A DNA stretch of 64,000 bases from IMG/VR virus record IMGVR_UViG_3300028888_000057; one strand, given 5' to 3'. The notes beneath the pieces are model-generated. The model saw only the letters and a list, made by a program, of their open reading frames with translations. It ran no database searches and was not told the origin of the DNA. The stretch's first letter is position 1. Every line of letters starts with the position of its first letter. Position numbers and translations under genes: made by a program. Positions 40,059-47,474 of this stretch are shown piece after piece. The stretch is from a virus. Taxonomy: Duplodnaviria; Caudoviricetes.

Positions 40059-40598
40059 ATGGCTTTAACAAAGATTGATCTGGAAACGATGGATAATCGT
40101 AACTTTCACTACAAGGCTCAATGGAAACCTGATGTGGAAGAGTACTACAAGAAAGCGGATGCCCAACTTGTAGCCGGAGAAATCTATTCACTGGGAGACA
40201 ACCCTTCGACGAAGGAAGTTCTCGAAATGGCCCGAAGTGAAGATAGAGAAATCCATAAGCTGATTGAGTGGGATGACAGTATCGCAGCCGAAAAGCATCG
40301 GATGTATCAGGTCAGAAAGATTATGGGTAATATCCAGATCACTGAGATCAAGCTGAAAAAAAAAGCGCCTCAGAAGATTAAGGTTCCGCTGAGAATGTTC
40401 TACCATCTGAAAGGCGAAGAAGGATATCACGCCACTCCGACTATCATCGAAAACAAAGACTTAAATGACAAACTTCTGGCAACAGCCAAGGCAGAACTGG
40501 CTGCGTTTGTCACTAAGTATTCGATCCTCACAGAGCTTCAGCCTGTTTTCGATGCCATCAGGAGCCTGGATAATCCGCCTGATAATCCGGCGGCCTAA
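40059..40598 (+). CDS. Conserved helical protein, candidate partner of the RAMP/periodic-RNA system
   Basis: EVLEMAR....IH.LIEWDDSIAAEKHR..Q.R motif; its stop is a few nt before RNA unit 1. Confidence 0.7.
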   Translation: MALTKIDLETMDNRNFHYKAQWKPDVEEYYKKADAQLVAGEIYSLGDNPSTKEVLEMARSEDREIHKLIEWDDSIAAEKHRMYQVRKIMGNIQITEIKLKKKAPQKIKVPLRMFYHLKGEEGYHATPTIIENKDLNDKLLATAKAELAAFVTKYSILTELQPVFDAIRSLDNPPDNPAA

Positions 40599-40604
40599 AT
40601 CAGA

Positions 40605-40719
40605 GTGCGGTTAGTACAATAAGGGACTTGTGAGTCCCTACAACAAGAGTACACATCATATTTCAACACATCATAATGCAGGACATCACATTACAAGTCT
40701 CTTGTTGTGCTAATCGCAC
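40605..40719 (+). ncRNA. Periodic guide-like RNA unit 1
   Basis: About 27-bp terminal stem GTGCGGTTAGTAC..CTTGT / ACAAG..GTGCTAATCGCAC with G.U pairs, enclosing AYA-NN pentamers. Confidence 0.8.
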
Positions 40720-40819
40720 AAAAACAGCTTACGATATTATATAAAAGCATTAATAATAACAGTTTATTAAACTTTAATATATCATAACATATCAAAACTC
40801 AAGACATTACAATATACAA

Positions 40820-40934
40820 CTTCGTTGACTCTCATAAGGGCATGTATTATGTCCTACTACAATATAGAGCAATATAGGAAAAACAAGGACAAAACAACAC
40901 AGTACAACACATGCTCTTATTAGAGTCAACGGAG
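40820..40934 (+). ncRNA. Periodic guide-like RNA unit 2
   Basis: Stem CGTTGACTCT..GGGCATGT / ACATGCTC..AGAGTCAACG; 12 in-phase pentamers. Confidence 0.75.
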
Positions 40935-41055
40935 CATTATTCAACAGTTCTGTTGACAATAACAGAACAAATCAATAAAACACTAAAAATTACACAATCA
41001 AACAGTAAAGAACATCATTTATTTTTTGAAAATTATTTTTAAAGGAGAAAATATT

Positions 41056-41724
41056 ATGAAGAAGAACAATAACGAATTTGAACTGCTGAATATCGACGCC
41101 AAGGTTAAACATATGGAAGTCTACATTGAAGGAGACGGAGATCTCGTTCTGAACAAGATGAACGCCCGTACTTTCCGTGAACTGATGAATCCAGATCGTA
41201 AAGCAGCGAAAGAACAGCCGAACGTATGGGAAGACATCATCACTTCCATCCATTGGCGTGATCCTCTGGGAGTAAAGGACACTTATCAGTGTTGTGATGA
41301 AAACTTTATGAATAAGCTCCTGAAGGAAAATGCTCCGTGTATTACCCAGTTCGGTCTCATGCAGAGTCTGAAGCAGGCCGTTGTACGCAATGAGATCGAT
41401 ACCTATAGCACCAAGTTTGACAATGCGGTGAATATCATCGCGGTTAATGGACTTATTCCGGTCGAAATCAGCGGCTGGTCTTTGGACAGTCGTCTGATGA
41501 GTCCGAAGCGTGGAGCCCCGATTTCCGTGCATATCAACCATTTCCATAACTGGAAAGCACATTTTCATGTAGCTTATATGGATAACGTGTACAGTCGGGA
41601 TCAGATTCTGAACGTGATTAACCTGGCTGGATTTGGTCTGGGCATTGGCTCCGGCCGGACTTCTGGTTATGGTCGTTATCATATCACGGCTGTTGAATCC
41701 TATACGGATACTGAAGCCGCTTAA
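41056..41724 (+). CDS. Stand-alone Cas7/RAMP-superfamily RNA-binding protein
   Basis: N-terminal strand V.IEG.GDL, central helix GLMQSLKQA, and C-terminal Gly-rich loop AGFGLGIGSGRTSGYGRY typical of RAMPs; AAGGAG RBS. Confidence 0.8.
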   Translation: MKKNNNEFELLNIDAKVKHMEVYIEGDGDLVLNKMNARTFRELMNPDRKAAKEQPNVWEDIITSIHWRDPLGVKDTYQCCDENFMNKLLKENAPCITQFGLMQSLKQAVVRNEIDTYSTKFDNAVNIIAVNGLIPVEISGWSLDSRLMSPKRGAPISVHINHFHNWKAHFHVAYMDNVYSRDQILNVINLAGFGLGIGSGRTSGYGRYHITAVESYTDTEAA

Positions 41725-41742
41725 TTCTCTGTGTACCAATCC

Positions 41743-41864
41743 GATGTGGTTGGTACCATAGAGAGCTTGTAAGCTCTTAGATCAAGATAGAGTAAATTAG
41801 AGCACGATAGAATAGGACATAAAAGAACAGCACATAACAAGCTTTCTATGGTGCTAATCACATC
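41743..41864 (+). ncRNA. Periodic guide-like RNA unit 3
   Basis: Stem GATGTGGTTGGTACCATAGAGAGCTTGT / ACAAGCTTTCTATGGTGCTAATCACATC; 13 pentamers. Confidence 0.8.
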
Positions 41865-41873
41865 AACATATCA

Positions 41874-41982
41874 GTGCGGTTGGCATTGTTGGAGACTTGT
41901 TCTCCGTAATACAAAACTCTGTATAACAGAAGAATCAACAACAGAACAGCACAGTACAAGTCTTCAATAGTGCCAACGGCAC
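41874..41982 (+). ncRNA. Periodic guide-like RNA unit 4
   Basis: Stem GTGCGGTTGGCATTGTTGGAGACTTGT / ACAAGTCTTCAATAGTGCCAACGGCAC; 11 pentamers. Confidence 0.8.
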
Positions 41983-42064
41983 AAGCACACTATAAGTAAG
42001 CATAATACAGGACAGCGAAACTACAGAACAATGCAGGAGTTTACAAAACAGAAAGTGCCAACGT

Positions 42065-42188
42065 TGCAGTTGGCACGTTAGAGAGCTTGTTTGGCTCTTA
42101 ATGCAAAATAGCTTAGAGCAGAATAAGGTACGATACTACAAAATAGATAACGACACAACAGAACAAGCTTTCTAATGTGCTAATTGCA
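42065..42188 (+). ncRNA. Periodic guide-like RNA unit 5
   Basis: Stem TGCAGTTGGCACGTTAGAGAGCTTGT / ACAAGCTTTCTAATGTGCTAATTGCA; 14 pentamers. Confidence 0.8.
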
Positions 42189-42264
42189 CAAAATACAGAA
42201 CATCAAACTAAAGGACAAAAGAAAACAGATAAGTACAGCACAGCATAATATTTCTGGAGGAAAT

Positions 42265-42555
42265 ATGTTTAAAGTTGGAGATATTGTTCAGCTTAAAACA
42301 CAGTCAGAACTTAATGCTGAACACATAAGATGTGATACAGGTTCAGCTTCGCATAAGTACGGTGGATCCATTTGTGAAATTATAGAGATAAAAGGCAATG
42401 GTTATAAATTAAGTCCAATAGAAAACGTTGACAATTGCCCCGATAGAGAAGTTCACGATATTTCATATTGGTACTGGTCAAATAAGAACTTGAAACCATA
42501 CAATACTATTAAAGTTAATGAAATGGAAATGTTGACAATATTATCGGAGGCATAA
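42265..42555 (+). CDS. Small SH3/KOW-like protein (family B)
   Basis: FKVGDIVQLKT..GSA.HKYGGSIC..W.W. Confidence 0.75.
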   Translation: MFKVGDIVQLKTQSELNAEHIRCDTGSASHKYGGSICEIIEIKGNGYKLSPIENVDNCPDREVHDISYWYWSNKNLKPYNTIKVNEMEMLTILSEA

Positions 42556-42839
42556 TGTTTAATCCGGGAGACTTAGTTCAGATTAAAACAAGAGAAGAAG
42601 TATTAGAAGAAGGACGGCTGTGTTCCAAAGGTAGCGCGCTTCATAAATATGGCGGATCAATATGTAAGGTTAGAGATGGAGAAATATTTTATCGACTAGA
42701 AAGTGTTGATGTTGTTGATAATTTACCAGATATACATCTCTCAACTATAGAAGATTGGGACTGGAGCAATCGCAACCTGAAACTGGCTTATAATCCCGAA
42801 ATAAACACTAATGAGCTCATGAATTTACTGGAGGCATAA
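42555..42839 (+). CDS. Small SH3/KOW-like protein (family B)
   Basis: Tandem paralogue (GSALHKYGGS). Confidence 0.75.
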   Translation: MFNPGDLVQIKTREEVLEEGRLCSKGSALHKYGGSICKVRDGEIFYRLESVDVVDNLPDIHLSTIEDWDWSNRNLKLAYNPEINTNELMNLLEA

Positions 42840-43135
42840 TGGAATACAAAGTTGGTGAACTTGTTCAGATTAAAACAAGAGACGAAATGATAGCTGAAGG
42901 ATATTTTTGTAGCGAAGGAAGCGCATTACATAAATATGGAGGATCCACTTGCAGAGTTCAGCGTATCGACGGTATGGTTTGCACACTTAACCCTGTTAAC
43001 ATTATAGATAACTTGCCTCATCAATACGAAAAGCCGATTGAAAAATGGAAATGGCATAGTTCAAGTCTTAAATATCCGGAAAACGAAATAAAGATTGATA
43101 TAGATACAATGGTTGATATTTTATCGGAGGCATAA
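42839..43135 (+). CDS. Small SH3/KOW-like protein (family B)
   Basis: Tandem paralogue (GSALHKYGGS). Confidence 0.75.
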   Translation: MEYKVGELVQIKTRDEMIAEGYFCSEGSALHKYGGSTCRVQRIDGMVCTLNPVNIIDNLPHQYEKPIEKWKWHSSSLKYPENEIKIDIDTMVDILSEA

Positions 43136-43419
43136 TGAAATACGCAATTGGAGACAAAGTAGAAGTAATCGGCCCACCAAATTGGGACGGTAAAGACGAT
43201 TATCGAATTTATTGTAATAATAATCGAGAAGATTACGCTTTTGGAATTCATATGAGAGATAGAATCGGATTTGTTAGCGAAATAGAATCTTTATATGCCT
43301 ATAAAGATAATTGTTATCATTTGCGTAATGATACAGATGCTTATTACTATCATGCAGATTGGCTGGCTCCTGTTGAAACAATTAATGTTGAAGGACTTGA
43401 AGATCTTTTGGAGGACTAA
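43135..43419 (+). CDS. Small SH3/KOW-like protein (family B)
   Basis: IGDKV.VIGP..WDG..YYH.DWL.PV. Confidence 0.75.
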   Translation: MKYAIGDKVEVIGPPNWDGKDDYRIYCNNNREDYAFGIHMRDRIGFVSEIESLYAYKDNCYHLRNDTDAYYYHADWLAPVETINVEGLEDLLED

Positions 43420-43649
43420 TGTTTTACGTAGGGGATCAGGTTAGGCTAGTTGGTTATCAAGATAACATCGACCTGATGGAGCAAAATCTTGGAAGGGTAT
43501 TCACAATCACAGACAAATACGAAAAGAATCGTGATAAGCCAGCATACTATCTGAATGATGGTTATAGATTTATTTATCGGGAAGATTGGCTTGAACCTGT
43601 TGAACAAACAATTAATACCGATGAATTAGAGGACTTGTTAGGAGAATAG
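43419..43649 (+). CDS. Small SH3/KOW-like protein (family B)
   Basis: VGDQV..EDWLEPV. Confidence 0.72.
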   Translation: MFYVGDQVRLVGYQDNIDLMEQNLGRVFTITDKYEKNRDKPAYYLNDGYRFIYREDWLEPVEQTINTDELEDLLGE

Positions 43650-43650
43650 T

Positions 43651-43932
43651 ATGTATAAAATTGGAGATGAAGTACTCCTCAAGAAACCTGATTGGTTTCC
43701 AGAAAATAAAGTATGTATAGAGCAAGGTACATCCGGAGAAGAAACTGTATGTTTTATTGATTTAATGCTTTATGCTGTAGGACAACAAACAAGAATTAAA
43801 CAAGTATATTTCGATAAAAAAGATTGTTACCTTCTTGAAAACATCGGTAACTATTGGCACGAAAACTGGCTGGAACCTGTTAATCAAGTTAATGTTGATG
43901 AAGATACATTAACAGAGCTACTTGAGGTGTAA
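43651..43932 (+). CDS. Small SH3/KOW-like protein (family B)
   Basis: IGDEV..YWHENWLEPV. Confidence 0.72.
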   Translation: MYKIGDEVLLKKPDWFPENKVCIEQGTSGEETVCFIDLMLYAVGQQTRIKQVYFDKKDCYLLENIGNYWHENWLEPVNQVNVDEDTLTELLEV

Positions 43933-43936
43933 TAAT

Positions 43937-44143
43937 ATGACTCAGGAAAAATATCGTAAGGTAAACGGTCTTGAATATGTCGGCAAACATGTCAAAAAAT
44001 GGTACAAAGTAACAAGAGTAGTGGGTCCGGCTGGGCCAACAATCACGGACAGAGTCCTTGGCTTTGAAGACGCTAAGAGGATGTGTCAAGGCATGTGGGA
44101 CTGGGAAGTTATCCGGGAAGAAGACGGAGCTGTGGTATATTGA
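43937..44143 (+). CDS. Small hypothetical protein
   Basis: GAGGTG RBS. Confidence 0.6.
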   Translation: MTQEKYRKVNGLEYVGKHVKKWYKVTRVVGPAGPTITDRVLGFEDAKRMCQGMWDWEVIREEDGAVVY

Positions 44144-44433
44144 TTCAATATTTAACCCATCAAACATATAAAACGGCAAAAACAAAGAATCCTGACATGG
44201 TTGACTTTCAGATCGTGAGTCGCCGCCAGGTTGAATTTGCAATCTGTATTCGTTTATATAGACAGAAACACGAACTGTCCTTACAACAGTTCGCAAATAT
44301 CGCCAGTAAGTATGGCGTAAAGATTTCAAATGCGGATATATCATGTTATGAACGATATGTTCGTGTCCCATCGAAAAAGAAAATGGAAACAATACTGAAA
44401 GCTATGCACTTGGAACTGAATGATTTGGATTAA
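44140..44433 (+). CDS. XRE-family HTH protein
   Basis: IRLYR.KH.LS.QQFA..ISCYE...P. Confidence 0.7.
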   Translation: MIQYLTHQTYKTAKTKNPDMVDFQIVSRRQVEFAICIRLYRQKHELSLQQFANIASKYGVKISNADISCYERYVRVPSKKKMETILKAMHLELNDLD

Positions 44434-44447
44434 GGAGAGAAAAATCG

Positions 44448-44984
44448 ATGACGTTGGAAGAAAAGATTGCCAAGAAAGAAGCTATGGCCGCAGCTCAGCT
44501 GATTAAAGATCAGATGACGGTTGAGCAGAAGATTCAGTTTTTGAATACACCTTATAAAGATATGCCAGACGAACTGAAAGTTGGAATGGTTAAGAATCCA
44601 CAGAAGTTTATGTTTGTAAAGATGAAGAACCACCGCATTGGAGATCAGAGAGAAACATTCGGTGCGAGGTTGATTCGTTATCGTGATAAATACAGCCTGT
44701 CTCAGAAAGATTTCTGTGAACTGGCCGAAGAATATGGCAAGAATTATAAAGTTCATATTACGCTTCGCGATATGAATAACTATGAAAACTATAACGTAAG
44801 CCCGAAAATCGATAAGATGACCCTGATCGAAGAAGTCATGGGAATGAAAATTGATTACTTTGCCGGATATGGCGCTGAAGACCGTACATGCCGCAACGAG
44901 AAAGTAGAATCTCGTTATCGTGCTAAGAGAGGTAAGAAGGATGCTCCAAGAATTTCTGGACGAGAACATTTGGCTACTGATTGA
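44448..44984 (+). CDS. XRE-family HTH protein
   Basis: FG.RL.RYR.KY.LSQ.DF..NYEN...P. Confidence 0.75.
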   Translation: MTLEEKIAKKEAMAAAQLIKDQMTVEQKIQFLNTPYKDMPDELKVGMVKNPQKFMFVKMKNHRIGDQRETFGARLIRYRDKYSLSQKDFCELAEEYGKNYKVHITLRDMNNYENYNVSPKIDKMTLIEEVMGMKIDYFAGYGAEDRTCRNEKVESRYRAKRGKKDAPRISGREHLATD

Positions 44985-45249
44985 CAAGAATAGGAAAGAA
45001 GAAATTTCAGATTTCTGCGATATTATACAAAATTACATACAGACATGGGCTTATCAAGCTGTAGGGGACTCTTTGTATGAATACTTATGTCATACACGGT
45101 CCGGTCCCTATCATTTTGTGAAAAATAAAAATCACATAACTGGTAATTCTTATCATTATAATCACACAATTGTTTCTTTACGTGATTTTCTCAATAATTT
45201 AGATGAACCTGACATACAAGAAGATGAAATGATGGAGATGTTAAAATGA
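44941..45249 (+). CDS. Hypothetical protein with acidic C-terminal tail
   Basis: ORF ending IQEDEMMEMLK. Confidence 0.6.
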   Translation: MLQEFLDENIWLLIDKNRKEEISDFCDIIQNYIQTWAYQAVGDSLYEYLCHTRSGPYHFVKNKNHITGNSYHYNHTIVSLRDFLNNLDEPDIQEDEMMEMLK

Positions 45250-45382
45250 AACTTGTAGCCACTTTAAAAGTAAAGATTGATGTTGAAGACGATGAGATGC
45301 CTAACCTTTCCAAGGATCGGTTGATTTCAATTCTTCGAGATCTTGGACTTGATTATGAGATTCTTCAGACAGAGGTGGAAGA

Positions 45383-45706
45383 ATGAGCTTAGTATTTGAT
45401 CAAATTCTAAGTCAATTTACAGACTATCGGTCAATCACATCGTTTTGGGATGACTTTACAATCGCAGATGCGTTCGGAGACAGTGCGATTCTTGACACTT
45501 ACAGGCGAGCCTTTGCGGAATGGAAAACTGATTACAAATATCTGACAGAATTGGTGATGGTGCTGAACCACAAGATCTGGCAATGGAACGAAAAGAACGA
45601 AGAGAGAGCCAAGTTATACGATAGCTTGTATTGTCAGGCTAATGATTATGCTCTTAGCAACCTCAAAGACGAAGAGTTGTCATATTTCTGGACTGTTACC
45701 GATTAA
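45383..45706 (+). CDS. Hypothetical phage protein
   Basis: FWDDFTIAD.FG..ELV.VLNHKIW; GAGGTGG RBS. Confidence 0.7.
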   Translation: MSLVFDQILSQFTDYRSITSFWDDFTIADAFGDSAILDTYRRAFAEWKTDYKYLTELVMVLNHKIWQWNEKNEERAKLYDSLYCQANDYALSNLKDEELSYFWTVTD

Positions 45707-46177
45707 GGGGAATTGTATATCATAGTTTCTATAGGAATAAGAACACTCCTTTTTCGTACAATCACCGCTTCCAATCTTGTCGCTTTGACCCGGCGCAAGC
45801 GCCTGTCAACACACACTTACGAAATCCGCAATCCCTTATAACATAACGTTTTCCATGCTATTGGACTATGCGGATTGGTCGGATTAATGAATATTATTCA
45901 TGCCATGCATATATTATGCAGCAAATATTCATAATACAAAATTTGAAAGATGTAATTAAACACACAAACAAAACAAAACAAAGCAAACAGGTAAGAAACA
46001 AACATAAAAAATAAGTCTTAATTTCCGAAATCATTTTAATTTTTTCGTGCTTTTTATTTTATGTTTTTTGCCTTTTTCATGCTTGTTTTGTTCCGGCCCA
46101 TCGCTTCGCTGCGCTCGCTCCGGGCTGGTAGGATGAACGTTTTCATACGTTCGAAAAAGAATTTAAGGAGATAATTT

Positions 46178-46525
46178 GTGAACAATTTAACTATCTATGG
46201 TCGAGTGACCAATGATCCTCAGATGACAGAGAAAGAGATTGGAGGAGTCATTAATCATATTTGTGAGTTTTCCGTCACGGTTGACAACGAAATGTTTAAA
46301 GTTAGGACTATGCGGGAAATTGCAGAGACATGTGCCGCCGAACTGAAGAAGAATGATCGTGTGATCGTAAAAGGAACCGTCGGGCTGAGAAGCTTTGTTC
46401 AGGGCAATATCGTGTATACGAATATGGTTGTCCGAGCAGAGGAAGTTCAGTTTGTAGACCGTGAACATTCAACAGAAAAGAAAGAATATATTATTCAGGA
46501 AGACATCGATGAGATGCCTTTCTAA
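46178..46525 (+). CDS. ssb: SSB-like protein 2
   Basis: N.L.I.GRV..DP; tail DEMPF. Confidence 0.75.
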   Translation: MNNLTIYGRVTNDPQMTEKEIGGVINHICEFSVTVDNEMFKVRTMREIAETCAAELKKNDRVIVKGTVGLRSFVQGNIVYTNMVVRAEEVQFVDREHSTEKKEYIIQEDIDEMPF

Positions 46526-46537
46526 AGAAAGGAAAAA

Positions 46538-46909
46538 ATGAATAAAGTATTTATCGAAGGCAATCTGATTAAAGATCCCAGTACTCAGGATTGCGAATTT
46601 ATTGATAACAGTACCGGTGAAGTTACTAAAGTTAAAGTTTGTAACTTCACCATGGCTGTGAATGATGGATTTGGTGAAAACAAAACCACCACGCTGTTCA
46701 ATGTACATGCATGGCGGTGGCTTGCAGATAAGTGCAGCAAGTTTCTGACAAAGGGTCGCGGTGTCATCGTCCTCGGCACGATCTACGCCGGAAAACCGTT
46801 CAAAGCTCCTGATGGAACAATGACTTCTGTTCTTGATGTGAGAGCCGAAGAAGTAAAGTTTCTCGGAACGGTAAAGAAGGACGATCCTGAAGATGACTTT
46901 CCCTGTTGA
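46538..46909 (+). CDS. ssb: SSB-like protein 3
   Basis: NKV.I.GNL.KDP, F.MAVN, KG..V.V.G; tail DDFPC. Confidence 0.8.
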   Translation: MNKVFIEGNLIKDPSTQDCEFIDNSTGEVTKVKVCNFTMAVNDGFGENKTTTLFNVHAWRWLADKCSKFLTKGRGVIVLGTIYAGKPFKAPDGTMTSVLDVRAEEVKFLGTVKKDDPEDDFPC

Positions 46910-46935
46910 TCTCTAAGATCAACACCTGCCGCTAT

Positions 46936-46976
46936 GGGGCCGGTGTTTGATGGGGGCACCGGCTCCTTTTTCTTTT
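46936..46976 (+). terminator. Intrinsic terminator
   Basis: GGGGCCGGTG/CACCGGCTCC plus T-run. Confidence 0.7.
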
Positions 46977-46989
46977 GAAAGGAAAACTT

Positions 46990-47460
46990 ATGATATATAG
47001 AGTAAATGATTATGACTGGACTATGGATACGATTGACGAAGTAATCGATTGGTGTATTACATCTGATTATCATGAAGATGAAGATGAGTTCAAAGAATAT
47101 GTCAATGAAATTTATTGTGATCAGCAAATCGAAATCGCCGGAAATACTTATTATGCGTTCGATGCATTAAAGAGTAACCAGCATGAATACGACAGATTGA
47201 TGCGAGAATACTGTGAAGAGCAGAACAACTATGATGCAGAAGAAGCTCGTTACGAACTCGAAAGAGCAGACAACGGAGAAGTTGTCTATATTCAGGGCTA
47301 TAGAGTAACTTGCATTGACGAGTCCGGCGCCTATGATGGTAATGAAGATGTCCAGTGCGAAGAAAAGATTGACCCTGTCAAAGTTGTAAAAGAAGCTTTG
47401 GAAACGCAAAAGATCAAAGAAGAACAAAACTTCTCTGACTTGGTGCAGATTCTAAGGTAA
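46990..47460 (+). CDS. Acidic hypothetical protein
   Basis: AAAGGA RBS. Confidence 0.65.
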   Translation: MIYRVNDYDWTMDTIDEVIDWCITSDYHEDEDEFKEYVNEIYCDQQIEIAGNTYYAFDALKSNQHEYDRLMREYCEEQNNYDAEEARYELERADNGEVVYIQGYRVTCIDESGAYDGNEDVQCEEKIDPVKVVKEALETQKIKEEQNFSDLVQILR

Positions 47461-47474
47461 ATCAACGAGATGTT

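Noticed and set aside
40605-42252. Canonical CRISPR array next to the Cas7-like gene
   Set aside because: There are no identical direct repeats with unique 30-40-nt spacers. The units are divergent inverted-repeat stems with internal period 5, and no cas1/2/3/5/6 is visible.
42184-42264. N-terminal extension of the ORF at 42184 (and similarly 41026-41055)
   Set aside because: It overlaps or abuts the A-rich pentamer tract, which is stop-poor; the real starts have RBSs at 42265 and 41056.
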